Positions 1-10,661 of a stretch of DNA of 64,000 nucleotides are shown in pieces. Within the stretch, counting starts at the first letter, position 1; each line of letters opens with the position of its first letter. A program made the translations under genes and the position numbers. The stretch is from Eledone cirrhosa (lineage: Eukaryota): contig OZ024742.1 in the NCBI GenBank assembly GCA_964016885.1, forward strand, positions 37,944,001 through 38,008,000, given 5' to 3'. The notes beneath the pieces are model-generated. The model searched no databases. It saw only the letters and a list, made by a program, of their open reading frames with translations, and was not told the origin of the DNA.

Positions 1-300
1 TATATATATACATATATATATATACATATATATATACATATATATATACACATATATATATACATATATATATATACATATATATATATACATATATATA
101 TATAAACATATATATATACACATATATATATACATATATATATATACATATATATATACACATATATATATACATATATATATATACATATATATATATA
201 CATATATATCATTACATATATATATATACATATATATATATACACATATATATATATATATATATACATATATATACACATATATATATATATACATATA
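1..300. repeat. (TA)n/(TATATACA)n microsatellite
   Basis: Continuous tatatata/cata array; forms the left flank of the Penelope-like insertion. Confidence 0.97.
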
Positions 301-537
301 CGTATTTAAGAAAGCCACAACAATGCAAAGGGAAATCTCGAGGTAGGAAGTGAAATATAGATAGGAAAAACAGGTGAAAGTGAAAATTGAGAGAGACAAA
401 GATGAAAACAAAACAAAGGTAGAAGGGTTACCGTAGTAGAGATTTAATCCCAATATTTCGGGCTCACGCCCATCAACGGGGGAAAAGTTCCAAAAGGGGG
501 GAAACAGGCCAAGCGGAGAAAGTTGTGATGTCGTTAA

Positions 538-2727
538 GACAGTCGAGGAAGACAAGTCGAGGAAGAATCAACTAAAATAATAAAAAATCTTAAATTCAAG
601 AGATACCCTTACAAAGGACAAGAGCACCTTGTAAATCTCAAGAACACAATCTCTAACCTAAATTCCTCAAAAAATGTTTTAGTCCACTCTGACAAAACCA
701 ATAACCTATATGGTATTTCCAAGGATAATTATAACAACCTTATCCTAAAGGAACTTAGGAAAAAGTATCGTAAAACCAACCATGAAAATTTAGAATGCAT
801 AAACCTTGAAGCCTATGAGATTATGTCAAAACTTGGCATTGAAAAAAAGACCGAACCATTCCTCCCAAGAACTCCGAGGATAAATCTCAAGGATCACAAA
901 AACAATTTTCGCACTGAACTACCTGTTAGATTAATCGCCCCCTCTAAATCTGATCTGGGGGTTGTTAGTAAAGCCATCTTGGATAGGATTATCCCACAGG
1001 TTAGTTCTAATTGCTCTTCTTTAAACCTAAATTTATGGTTTGGTACTTCTGAAGTGATTGGCTGGTTCAACAAATTGGATAATAAAAACAAACTAAAATT
1101 TATTCAATTTGATATTGCCAGCTACTATTCCTCCATTTCGCCTTCACTTCTCAATAATGCTCTATCTTTCGCACTTAAATATTCTGACATCACCACAGAT
1201 GAACTTCACATCATCCTCACCGCACGTAAAACCATCCTAGAGTTCAACAACGAATATTGGACCAGAGCCGATACCTCTAACAACTTCGACATCACAATGG
1301 GAGCATCCGATTCATCCCAATTGACTGATTTAATTGGTATCTTCATTTTGAACTCTTTGAGTCGGAAAATTCCTCAACTTCGCGGTGGAATTTATCGTGA
1401 CGATGGACTCTTTACTATCCTAAATTGCAATATAGTTAAACTTAATATTATTAAGAACAATATACGTAATCTCTTTAACCAACATAACCTAAAAATTGAA
1501 TTTGATAATAGTATCAAACTAGCTAATTTCTTGGATGTATCTCTTAATCTTGACAATGGCCTATATTACCCTTACCATAAAAACAATGAGAACCTTAATT
1601 ATGTTAACTTTAAATCTAACCATCCTACCAATATCAAGAATGCTATAGTTAATAATATTGGAAATAGAATATCTAACATATCTTCTAATAAAAACATCTT
1701 TGATGCTAACGCCAATTACTATAATAACGCACTTTCTAAAGCCGGCTATCCAGATAAAATCAAATATAATAAAGAAACAAATTCTAGGAAAACTTACAGT
1801 AGAATAATTAATCATGACCATTCCAATAATTTTAATAAAAGACCTAGATACAAAAACATAATCTGGTATAATGCTCCTTTCTCCATCTCTATTAATAACA
1901 ATATTCCTAAATTATTTTTTAGTGCCTTAAATAAATGCTTCCCTCCCTCACATATCTATAGTAAAATATTTAACAAACACACCATCAAATTTTCGTATTC
2001 TACATCCTCCAATATTTCCAACATCATCTCTAAACACAACAACAAAATATTAAATACTAAATCTCTTCCTTCCAATATTGAATTTCATAATAACAGTAAT
2101 AGTACTCCCGACGTCATTGTAAACCCTAGGCTAACTTCTGTAAACCCAAATACAACGTCAAACACAACTTCGCTAAATGTTCATAATCCAACTCTAAATC
2201 AAGAAACTATTATTCCTATTATTCCTATCGCAAACAACTTCTCCAATCCAATTCCTTCTATAGATAACACTAGATCACTCATTAATAATCTCTCTAATTG
2301 CAACTGCCGCATTAAAAATAAATGTCCTCTCAACAACCATTGCCTCGATAAAAACTTAATTTATGAATGTAAAATTATAACTAGCACCAATTCCTTCACC
2401 TATTTTGGCTCCACTTCCACCTCTTTTAAAGCTCGTCTCTATAATCATCATTCATCTTTCAAATACAAACTTAAAAGAACTAACACTGCTCTCTCAGAAC
2501 TCATATGGTCCTTAAAAGACAAAAACATTAAATATACCATCTTTTGGAAGAAGATTTCTTCTGCATCCTCATACTTGAACAGCTCTCTATCTAAAATCTG
2601 TAATCTCTGCCTAAATGAAAAATTTACCATTATCTCTAACCTAGATTCTATAATAAATAGACGCTCAGATTTGTTTTCTATCTGCCTGCATAAATTCCAT
2701 AGAACTTTTCACAAAGTATACAGTTAA
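538..2727 (+). CDS. PLE reverse transcriptase / GIY-YIG endonuclease (frame open from 538; first ATG 823)
   Basis: Upstream in-frame [10 protein letters not shown] (DKG/DKT motif); RT motifs [29 protein letters not shown]; YVNFKSNHP; linker CNCx5Cx5C; endonuclease LIYECKI..YFGST..KARLYNH; C-terminal [16 protein letters not shown]. No internal stops. Confidence 0.92.
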   Translation, partial: DSRGRQVEEESTKIIKNLKFKRYPYKGQEHLVNLKNTISNLNSSKNVLVHSDKTNNLYGISKDNYNNLILKELRKKYRKTNHENLECINLEAYEIMSKLGIEKKTEPFLPRTPRINLKDHKNNFRTELPVRLIAPSKSDLGVVSKAILDRIIPQVSSNCSSLNLNLWFGTSEVIGWFNKLDNKNKLKFIQFDIASYYSSISPSLLNNALSFALKYSDITTDELHIILTARKTILEFNNEYWTRADTSNNFDITMGASDSSQLTDLIGIFILNSLSRKIPQLRGGIYRDDGLFTILNCNIVKLNIIKNNIRNLFNQHNLKIEFDNSIKLANFLDVSLNLDNGLYYPYHKNNENLNYVNFKSNHPTNIKNAIVNNIGNRISNISSNKNIFDANANYYNNALSKAGYPDKIKYNKETNSRKTYSRIINHDHSNNFNKRPRYKNIIWYNAPFSISINNNIPKLFFSALNKCFPPSHIYSKIFNKHTIKFSYSTSSNISNIISKHNNKILNTKSLPSNIEFHNNSNSTPDVIVNPRLTSVNPNTTSNTTSLNVHNPTLNQETIIPIIPIANNFSNPIPSIDNTRSLINNLSNCNCRIKNKCPLNNHCLDKNLIYECKIITSTNSFTYFGSTSTSFKARLYNHHSSFKYKLKRTNTALSELIWSLKDKNIKYTIFWKKISSASSYLNSSLSKICNLCLNEKFTIISNLDSIINRRSDLFSICLHKFHRTFHKVYS

Positions 2728-3244
2728 TATTCAATTCTTTATCAATTTAGAATCTTTTCTCAAAGGCACATATACATACACCTCTTTAAAATATACCCAT
2801 CTACCTTACTTTAAAGGGCATTATACACTCTATAATACTCGTTTACTCATTACCCTCATTCTATCTTCTCGTAAAATAATAACATTTGTTTTTGACATTT
2901 TGAATATTCATCCGCAATCATTATTATTTTTTTTTTTTTTTTTTTTTTTTCTCTCTATCATAAATCTTTTTAATCTCAATTTCATCCTTAATTTATTATT
3001 ATTTTTTTCTCCCCATCAACGAACTCATTATTAATACATATTAACTCTTTATTCGCACATATCATCAATTCAATATACAAACTTTAACTTCACATTATTT
3101 TTCTCAAATCCTTCTACACACAAACCTTAACAATTTTTCTCTTCGCTAATTTTGAAATTGCCACAATACATACATTTCTTCTTTTGACGTTAGAATATTC
3201 ACCCACAATTATTATTTTTTTCTCTCTATCTTCATACATAATTT

Positions 3245-3647
3245 CCCTTCGTTAATTTTCAAATTCCTTTAATTTATACATTATCTTCCAACGGTTCCCA
3301 ACCTCTCTATATTAAAACAATATATCTTTTTCTCAGTTATAAAAACTATCTCTTTCTCTCTATCACCCATCTCTCCCTCTCCACCTTCAATCTCATCTCC
3401 TCCCCCTTTTTTCATCCTTTCCACCCCCCTCCCTAAATAAAATATTTGTCCTCGCACATATCCTCCCTTCGTTAATTTTCAAAATTTTTAATTTATACAG
3501 TATCTTCCAACGGTTTTCAACCCCTCTATGTAAAAAATATATCTCCTCTCAGTTATAAAACTATCTCTTTCTCTCTATCACCCATCTCTCCCTCTCATCT
3601 CCTTCCCTTTTCATCCTTCCCCCCCCCCTCTCTAAATAAAATATTTT
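3245..3647 (+). repeat. Diverged tandem duplication (~220 bp unit) in the PLE 3' UTR
   Basis: cccttcgttaattttcaaa...tatcttccaacggtt...ctatcacccatctctccctctc...ctaaataaaatattt occurs at ~3245 and ~3465. Confidence 0.85.
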
Positions 3648-3740
3648 TCCCAATATCACACATCAATCTAAAACCACTTTTCATATGTTGATTTAAAACT
3701 GCACTATCCACAAGTGTTTTTTAGCCTTCATATCATGTTC

Positions 3741-3820
3741 TCCTGTTTTATCTGATGAAAACACAAATATTATTGCTTGATGATGTTTGTTTTTGAAATG
3801 CGCATAATAAAATATATGGA
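3741..3820 (+). ncRNA. Type I hammerhead ribozyme in the PLE 3' end
   Basis: Stem I TTTTAT(3746-51)/ATAAAA(3807-12); core CTGATGA(3752-58); long GU-rich stem II with GCTT loop; GAAA(3795-98); short stem III with palindromic ATGCGCAT; AUA cleavage triplet (3804-06). Confidence 0.82.
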
Positions 3821-3940
3821 ACTCCTTTAACCATCTTTTGATCTTATATTATGCATACTCCAGTCCCACAAACTGTAGAGTGCTTCTTATCCGATATCTG
3901 CATTGCTTTATTGTACTACAATAAAACTCACCTCCTACAT

Positions 3941-3947
3941 TATATAC

Positions 3948-3991
<44 letters not shown>

Positions 3992-4081
3992 ATATATATG
4001 TATATATATATATGTATATATATGTATATATATGTATATATATATATATGTATATACATATATATATATATACATATATAC

Positions 4082-4112
<31 letters not shown>

Positions 4113-4121
4113 CATATATAC

Positions 4122-4202
<81 letters not shown>

Positions 4203-4231
4203 CATATATATATACATATATATATATATAC

Positions 4232-4262
<31 letters not shown>

Positions 4263-4275
4263 CATATATATATAC

Positions 4276-4338
<63 letters not shown>

Positions 4339-4373
4339 CATATATATATATACATATATATACATATATATAC

Positions 4374-4414
<41 letters not shown>

Positions 4415-4428
4415 TATACATATATATA
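3941..4428. repeat. (TATATACA)n microsatellite
   Basis: Direct inspection; source of the spurious IYIY ORFs. Confidence 0.97.
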
Positions 4429-4715
4429 TCATCATCATCATCATCATCACCGTTTTACGTCCGTTCTTCCACGCTAGCATGGGTTAGACGGGTTGTCCTG
4501 TTGTGGGCAGTGTCTGGTCGGCTGACCATGCGTTGCTCATACAGGAACTGATTTGGCTTGATTTCTACAGCTGGATGCCCTTCCTAACACCAACCTCATT
4601 TACAGTGAGTGCTGGGTGCTTTTTCGTGGCGCCTACACGTCCACATTACAGTGTGGGCTGGGTGCTTTTTTGCCGTGGCACCTCCACGGCCACCTTGCGG
4701 TGGGGGGTGTAGGAG
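4429..4715 (-). mobile_element. RTE-related 3' tail (5'-truncated LINE/SINE) ending in (GAT)n
   Basis: (CAT)n followed by the reverse complement of the aggaagggcatccagctgtagaaa / aacccatgctagcgtggaa tail shared with the RTE 3' UTR. Confidence 0.8.
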
Positions 4716-4876
4716 CATATATATACATATATACATATATACATATAGATACATATATATACATATATACATATATATACATATATATACATATATACAT
4801 ATATATACATATATATACATATATACATACATATATATATACATATATACATACATATATATATATATATACATAT
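4716..4876. repeat. (TATACA)n microsatellite
   Basis: Direct inspection. Confidence 0.95.
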
Positions 4877-5848
4877 ATACCACTATTAGCCGCTAAAGGG
4901 TTCTCCCTAAAAATGAAAGGCAGGTTGTACGATGCCTGCATACGAACAGCAATGTTGCATGGCAGTGAGACCTGGGCATTGTGTGCAGAGGATATACGCA
5001 GACTAGAGAGAAACGAAGCTTGCATGCTCCGCTGGATGTGCAATAGTAATATACGTGAACGGCAAAGCATAAACGAACTAAGGAAAAAATTAGAAATAAG
5101 AGGGATCAGATGTTGTTTACTCGAGAGAAGGCTACGTTGGTATGGTCACGTGATGCGCATGAAGGACGATAGCTGTATAACAAAGTGCAGGGCAATAAAG
5201 ATAGACGGTAGCCACGGAATAGGCAGACCCAGAAAAACCTGGGACGAGCTGATAAATTCCGACCTCACACACTTACACCTCACCAAGACAATGTCACTGG
5301 ACCGAGACCTTTGGCGGTACTCAGTAATAGAGAAGACCCGCCTTACCTAAATACAAAGTAAAACCTACTACAGTCAGTAGGCATCTCTAACAAAATACAC
5401 CCCCGTCCCACCACCCCCACCCCATCCACACCGCCCCTTTCAATGTAAAGTTATGTTGGTGCCACAACATCCAGGCCGAAACAAATGAGATCGTGTAGGT
5501 GTCACGTCAAAAAAACACACAGTTCACGCTGTAATGTGGCCGTGTAGGCAACACGGTAAAAACCTCCCAGCCCCACACTGTAAATGTGGTTGGTGTTAGG
5601 AAGGGCATCCAGCTGTAGAAAACACGCCAGACAGTCCACGCTGTAATGTGGCCGTGTAGGCAACACGGTAAAAACCTCCCAGTCCACACTGTAAACGTGG
5701 TTGGTGTTAGGAAGGGCATCCAGTTGTAGAAAACCCGCCAGATAGTCCTATGCGAGCAAGATAATAACTCTTGCCTCAAGTGGGAAAACCCCCGTCCAAA
5801 CCCATGCAAGCGTGGAACACGGACGTTAAACGTTGATGATGATGATGA
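4877..5848 (+). mobile_element. 5'-truncated RTE LINE (same family as 39119-43349)
   Basis: [21 protein letters not shown]...IEKTRLT* is nearly identical to the C-terminus of ORF 39872..42988; 3' UTR ends in (GAT)n. Confidence 0.93.
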
Positions 5849-5861
5849 TATATATATATAC

Positions 5862-5894
<33 letters not shown>

Positions 5895-5933
5895 CATATA
5901 TACATATATATATATATAAACATACATATATGT

Positions 5934-6215
5934 ATCATCATCATCATCGTTTAATGCCCATGTTCCATGCTAGCATGGGTTAGACGTGCTGTCCCGTTGT
6001 GAGACAGCCAGGTTGGAGGACCATGTTTTGCTCACAGAACTGATTTTGGCTTGGTTTGTACGGCTGGATGCTCTTCATAACGCCAACTACATTTACAGTG
6101 TGTACTGGGTGCTTTTTGTCATGATACCTACACGACCACTTTACAGTGTGGACTGGGCACCTTTTGTAGTGTCACTAACACAATCACTTTACAATGTGGG
6201 CTGGGTGCTTATCTG
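5934..6215 (-). mobile_element. Diverged RTE-related 3' tail fragment
   Basis: (CAT)n-cgtttaa...catgggttagacg...gctggatgctcttc motifs. Confidence 0.72.
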
Positions 6216-6409
6216 ACAGACGTCCAATAGATTAATACCTTTTGATCTCTGTGGCAGTGTAGCCCTGGCTATAATTAAGGAATGGCATTCTCTAAGACAG
6301 ATATATCTGTCCCCACTTTGCCACCCCTACATCCTTCACCACACGTACCAGCCCACAAAGCTGGCATCAAGTGTCATTCGTTTTTCTCTATCTCTTCTCT
6401 TCCATTCTA

Positions 6410-7427
6410 CGAGGGGACTTCAAAAGGTTTGTGGAAAAAGTACATAACTAAAAATCATATGCAGGGATTTTGATCTCAATGCATCTGTACGTTCTCATAC
6501 TAACGTGTCATAACATGTTCTAGCATGAACCCTTAGATATATGTTGCAACACGGTGGCGCCAGTCGGAATTCAGCACACGTTCAAGTAACATGTCCTCCA
6601 TCAAAATTGACACTAGGACCAACATCAAATTCATTGTGAAGCCAAGGTAGAAGAGCAGCCAAATTATTGACGCTCTGGAGCAAGCTTATGGGGACAATGC
6701 CCCGAAGAAATCAACAACCTACATATGGATGTCGTTTTAGAAGTGGAAGAGATGAGGTTAAAGATGATCCCCACAGTGGCAGGCCATCCACATCAGTTTG
6801 TGTGAAAATATTGACGCTGTACGTAACCTAATTGAAAAGGATAGGCGAATAACCACTGAATCAGTAGCCGACCTACTCAACATCTCCGTGGGTTCTGAAC
6901 ACGCAATTCTGGTGGAGAGTTTGGAGCTAAACAAGCTTTCAGCTCAATGGGTCCCAAAGCTGTTGCACCCAGATCAGCAGCAAACAAAAGCAGATTTGAG
7001 AAAACTAACCAAGGAAATCACGGAAAAACGCCCGAGGAAGCTGAATCGGTGCGTTCTCTTCCACCACGACAAAACACCCTCTCACAGCACTCGGCAGACA
7101 CAAACTGTGATACACGAATTTCGATGGGAAATCATCCGACACCCACCTTACAATCCCAATTTAGTCCCATCCGACATTTTTGTTTCCAAACCTGAAAAAA
7201 ATCATTGAATGGTACCCATTTTCCATCAGCTGAAGATAGAAAAAAAGTTGCTTTGACATGGTTTGAATTGCATGGCCTTCAGTTTTACAGAGTTGGACTT
7301 AAAGGCTGGTATCAGCGCTTGCAGAAGTGTATTGACCTAGATGGAGCATATGTTGAAAAATAAACGTCATAACATAAACCGTTTTTTCCAACTGTCCTTT
7401 TTCCACAAACTTTTTGAAGCACTCTCG
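6410..7427 (+). mobile_element. Mariner (Tc1/mariner) DNA transposon, internally deleted and inactive
   Basis: TIRs CGAGGGGACTTCAAAAGGTTTGTGGAAAAAG / CTTTTTCCACAAACTTTTTGAAGCACTCTCG flanked by TA. Disrupted transposase from 6591: RTNIKF, WVPKLL, HHDKTPSH, HPPYNPNLVPSD. Confidence 0.92.
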
Positions 7428-7625
7428 TATATTTGGTTCAATATAATCCTGTTACATAATTCTGAAAATAACACCTGATGAAATCACCTTGTCTTGCATC
7501 ATAATCGGAGCTGGGCCATCAAAATATGTATAGTGATTTCACGGAAATAATTTGCCAGTCTGGCCTTCTGTTGTTTTAAGGAATATATATATATATACAC
7601 ACACACATACATATATACACACATA

Positions 7626-8345
7626 TGGCCTAGAATCAAAAGGCCTTAAAGTTAACTTGTCTAAGACTAAAGTCCTATTATGTAGAAAGGAAAAATAGGG
7701 CACAGGTGCCCTCTGGGAAATGACCATACTCAGTGTGTAGGAAAGGAGTAGGTAAAAATTCCATTTGATGCCCCAAATGCAAACTATGGGTACTTAAAAG
7801 ATGTAGTGGGGTCACAGGCAAGCTATCTAAGAATGTAGATTTTATATGTGGCCAATGCTCAGGTGCAGTAAGTAGCAAGTGCCCACTGCTGAATACTAGC
7901 TCCTTCAATTGCCCAGATGGTTCTATAGAAATAGTAGACACTTTCTGTTACCTGGGTGACAAAATCAGCAGTGGTGGAGGGTGTTCTGAAAGTACAGTAG
8001 CCAGAGTTAGAACAGGGTGGATAAAGTTGAGAGAGCTAATACCACTGTTGGCCACAAAAGGTTTCTCTCTAAAAATGAAAGGAAGATTGTATGATGCTTG
8101 TATATGAACAACAATGTTACATGGCAGTGAGACCTGGGCATTGTGTGTAGGAGACATGGTAAAAAGGCTCCCAGTCTACACTATAAATGTGGTTGGCGTT
8201 AAGAAGGGCATCCAGTCATAGAAAACCTTCCAGATACAGTTCTATACAAGCGAGACACGGTCACCCGACCAATCTTGCCTCAAGTGGGACAAGCCCGTCT
8301 AACCCATGCTAGCGTGGAAGATGGACATTAAACGATGATGATGCT
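7626..8345 (+). mobile_element. Degraded RTE LINE fragment with internal deletion and 3' tail
   Basis: Aligns by eye to ~42103-42630 (GLESKGLKVN...PHD...GSETW), then jumps to the 3' tail ending in (GAT)n. Confidence 0.85.
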
Positions 8346-8821
8346 AATGATATATATATAATACACACACACACCAGCATGGGGAAACAGATGTTAAATG
8401 ATGACAGTGATGAATTCCTTGGTAAATACCATGGCTCATACCCTTTCTAATCAGTGCTGCCTACCTGTCCCACCCACAAAAGTGACAGCCTGAAGCTTGG
8501 AACAAATAAAAGAGTAACTCTCATTCAAAACAAATGCAAGGTTATGACACTAACAAAATGTTGTTTTTTTTCATCATAAAATTTGCAATGGGGCTCATAA
8601 GTGTCCTTTTTTTCTTTTTTTTTTTGTAACCTTGTAAATCTGACTCAAGCTGGGTTGATATAGTGAATTTATTATTGATAGTGAATATCAATAATAAATT
8701 AGGAAGTTAAATAACTCAATAGACATCACATTATTTTAAATCCTATAGATAGAATGACCATCAAAGAAATATTGAATGAATACCTCATTTAATCCTTTCT
8801 TTACATGTATCTAATAAAAGA

Positions 8822-8975
8822 ATTGAGACTTCCGGGGTTCTTGGCCCCTGGACCACATCCCTAATCACTGCTATTGGAGCAGAGTTGACGGCCTGCAGGT
8901 GCAAGCTCCGTGATGTGGAGTGACTGTTCCAGCGCGTCTTCCTTGCTATCCTTCAGGGTAAGTATTCTCCATCCT
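8822..8975 (+). mobile_element. C-terminal fragment of a CRE-like non-LTR element (restriction-like endonuclease tail)
   Basis: Translation ETSGVLGPW...*LFQRVFLAILQG resembles the E-T-x-G...FQRxSxAxQRGN tail of RLE-encoding CRE elements. Confidence 0.6.
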
Positions 8976-9071
8976 GTCAACCAAGACCCAGAGGCAGAGG
9001 GTAAGTTAGTTGGAGGTGAAGGATACTCGTTCAAATGTCTAATAATTATTATTATCATTATTATAATCTCT

Positions 9072-9256
9072 GGCGGTGAATTGGCAGCATTGGTAGAGGG
9101 TAAGACACGCTTTCCAGCATAGTTACGTCCCTTTACAATCCGAGTTCAAATCCCGCTGAGGTTAACTTTGCCTTTCATCCTTACGGGGTCGATAAAATAA
9201 AGTACCAGTAATGTACTGGGTAATTGCTGGCCTTGTGCTAAAAGAAGAAACAATTA
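9072..9256 (+). mobile_element. tRNA-derived SINE (family A, ATT tail) with 16-bp TSD
   Basis: A-box-like TGGCAGCATTGG, B box GAGTTCAAATCC; TSD attattataatctctg at 9057-9072 and 9253-9268. Confidence 0.85.
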
Positions 9257-9477
9257 TTATAATCTCTGTCAATCTTCACAATAGACAGAAGAAATGAATT
9301 TTAATTAGATTACGAATTTTAAAGGATTTAGTAAAATAACTAGGTTTTTCGTTATTTGTTTTTTTGTAACATATCTTAAAGGTTCTTATATAGAATTATG
9401 ATGGAAGGTATTTAGATAAATAGAAGCACTTTAAAACAAACAGATTTGTATTGTAGAACCACCTAGACATATATATA

Positions 9478-10661
9478 CATAGTTTGTCCCAAAAGTAAGG
9501 GTACTAAGTTTTCCTATGTACAACATGGTAATGCAGCACCTTAATGCATATAGGCATGTTGGTTATGACCTTAGCTGCATGTACATATTTGTTTCAACAT
9601 AATCGACTGAGTCAGCCGTGTGTTATTGATGTTTATGTACAAATCTATTTGTAACCTCTTATGTTTGTGATACAGGTAAATATCGAACAACAGTACGCAA
9701 TCAAATTTTGTGTGAAACTCAACATAACCAAAAAATTTAATTCTTTAACACAAGTTTATGGAGATGATACTCTATTGAGAAATAAAGTTTTTTAAGTGGC
9801 ACAAAGCTTTCAAAGAGAACTGACAAAATGTTGAAGATGAACTTCATTCTGTAAAACCAATCTCGTCAACAAATTAACAAAATGTAGAAGTGGTGCGAGT
9901 GGTGATGGCAAGGATGGTTAGGATGATTGCAGATGAAACGGGCTTGGATAGAAATGCAGTTCACAGAATTTTAACAGACCATTTGCACATGTGAAAAATT
10001 TGTGCAAAACTAGTGCTCAGGAAATAAATTATAGGTGTTCAAATACAATCCAAAGACAAAACGACCAGATGAGGAGTGGCACACAAAAAATTCTCCTCAT
10101 CCGAAGAAAGCTTGTGTGAGCAGATCCAGAATGAAAACGATGATTATCATTTTTTTGATGGCTTTGGTATTGTTCACAAAGAATTTTTACCTCCAAGGGA
10201 CAGCTAGTTAATTGCACCTTCTACAAAATGACTTTGAACAACTTCCAAAATGGGTCCAGCAAGTCCGAAAGAACATTGCAGGAGATTGGGTGCTGCACCA
10301 TGCTAACACACTTGCTAACACAGCACTGACGAAAAAAAAACACTCCCACTCTTCCACATCCTTCCTATAGCCCAGATGATTCGTATAGCTCCGTGTGATT
10401 TCTACCTTTTCCCTAAGTTGAAATTGAAGTTGAAGGGTCATCATTTTGGGACTGTGGGAAACATACAAAAATTGTAACCGACTAGCCATGTGACACTCAC
10501 AGAAATTGACTTCTCGTACTGCTACAATCCATGGAAAATTGTTGGAACCACTGTGTGACTTCCCAAGAGTTGTATTTTAAAGGAGATAACTTATAATTTC
10601 ATGTACGTCTAATATACATTTAAATAAAACATCAGTACCCTTATTTTGGGGGCAAACCTCG
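9478..10661 (+). mobile_element. Second mariner family relic with pseudogenised transposase
   Basis: Imperfect TIRs ..GTTTGTCCCAAAAGTAAGGGTACT / AGTACCCTTATTTTGGGGGCAAACCTCG; remnants EQQYAIKFCVKL, KICAKLV, WVLHH, HPSYSPD, PCDFYLFP. Confidence 0.88.

Larger units (their letters stand above)
538..3940 (+). mobile_element. Penelope-like retroelement, Naiad-type, 5'-truncated, inserted in a TA/TACA microsatellite
   Basis: RT+GIY-YIG ORF, then a ~1.2 kb pyrimidine-rich 3' region with a hammerhead motif; the same microsatellite resumes at 3941. Confidence 0.85.

Noticed and set aside
538-2727. Selenoprotein-type Naiad (in-frame UGA + SECIS)
   Set aside because: No in-frame UGA in the retained ORF, the stop is TAA, and no convincing SECIS was seen; the missing 5' part cannot be assessed.
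3849-4896. Many long ORFs rich in I/Y/H/T
   Set aside because: Translations of TA/TACA microsatellites, which lack stop codons; not genes.
7474-7552. CTGATGA..GAAA hammerhead-like match
   Set aside because: Five extra nucleotides separate stem II from GAAA and no stem I/III pairing is evident; probably a chance 9-bp inverted repeat.
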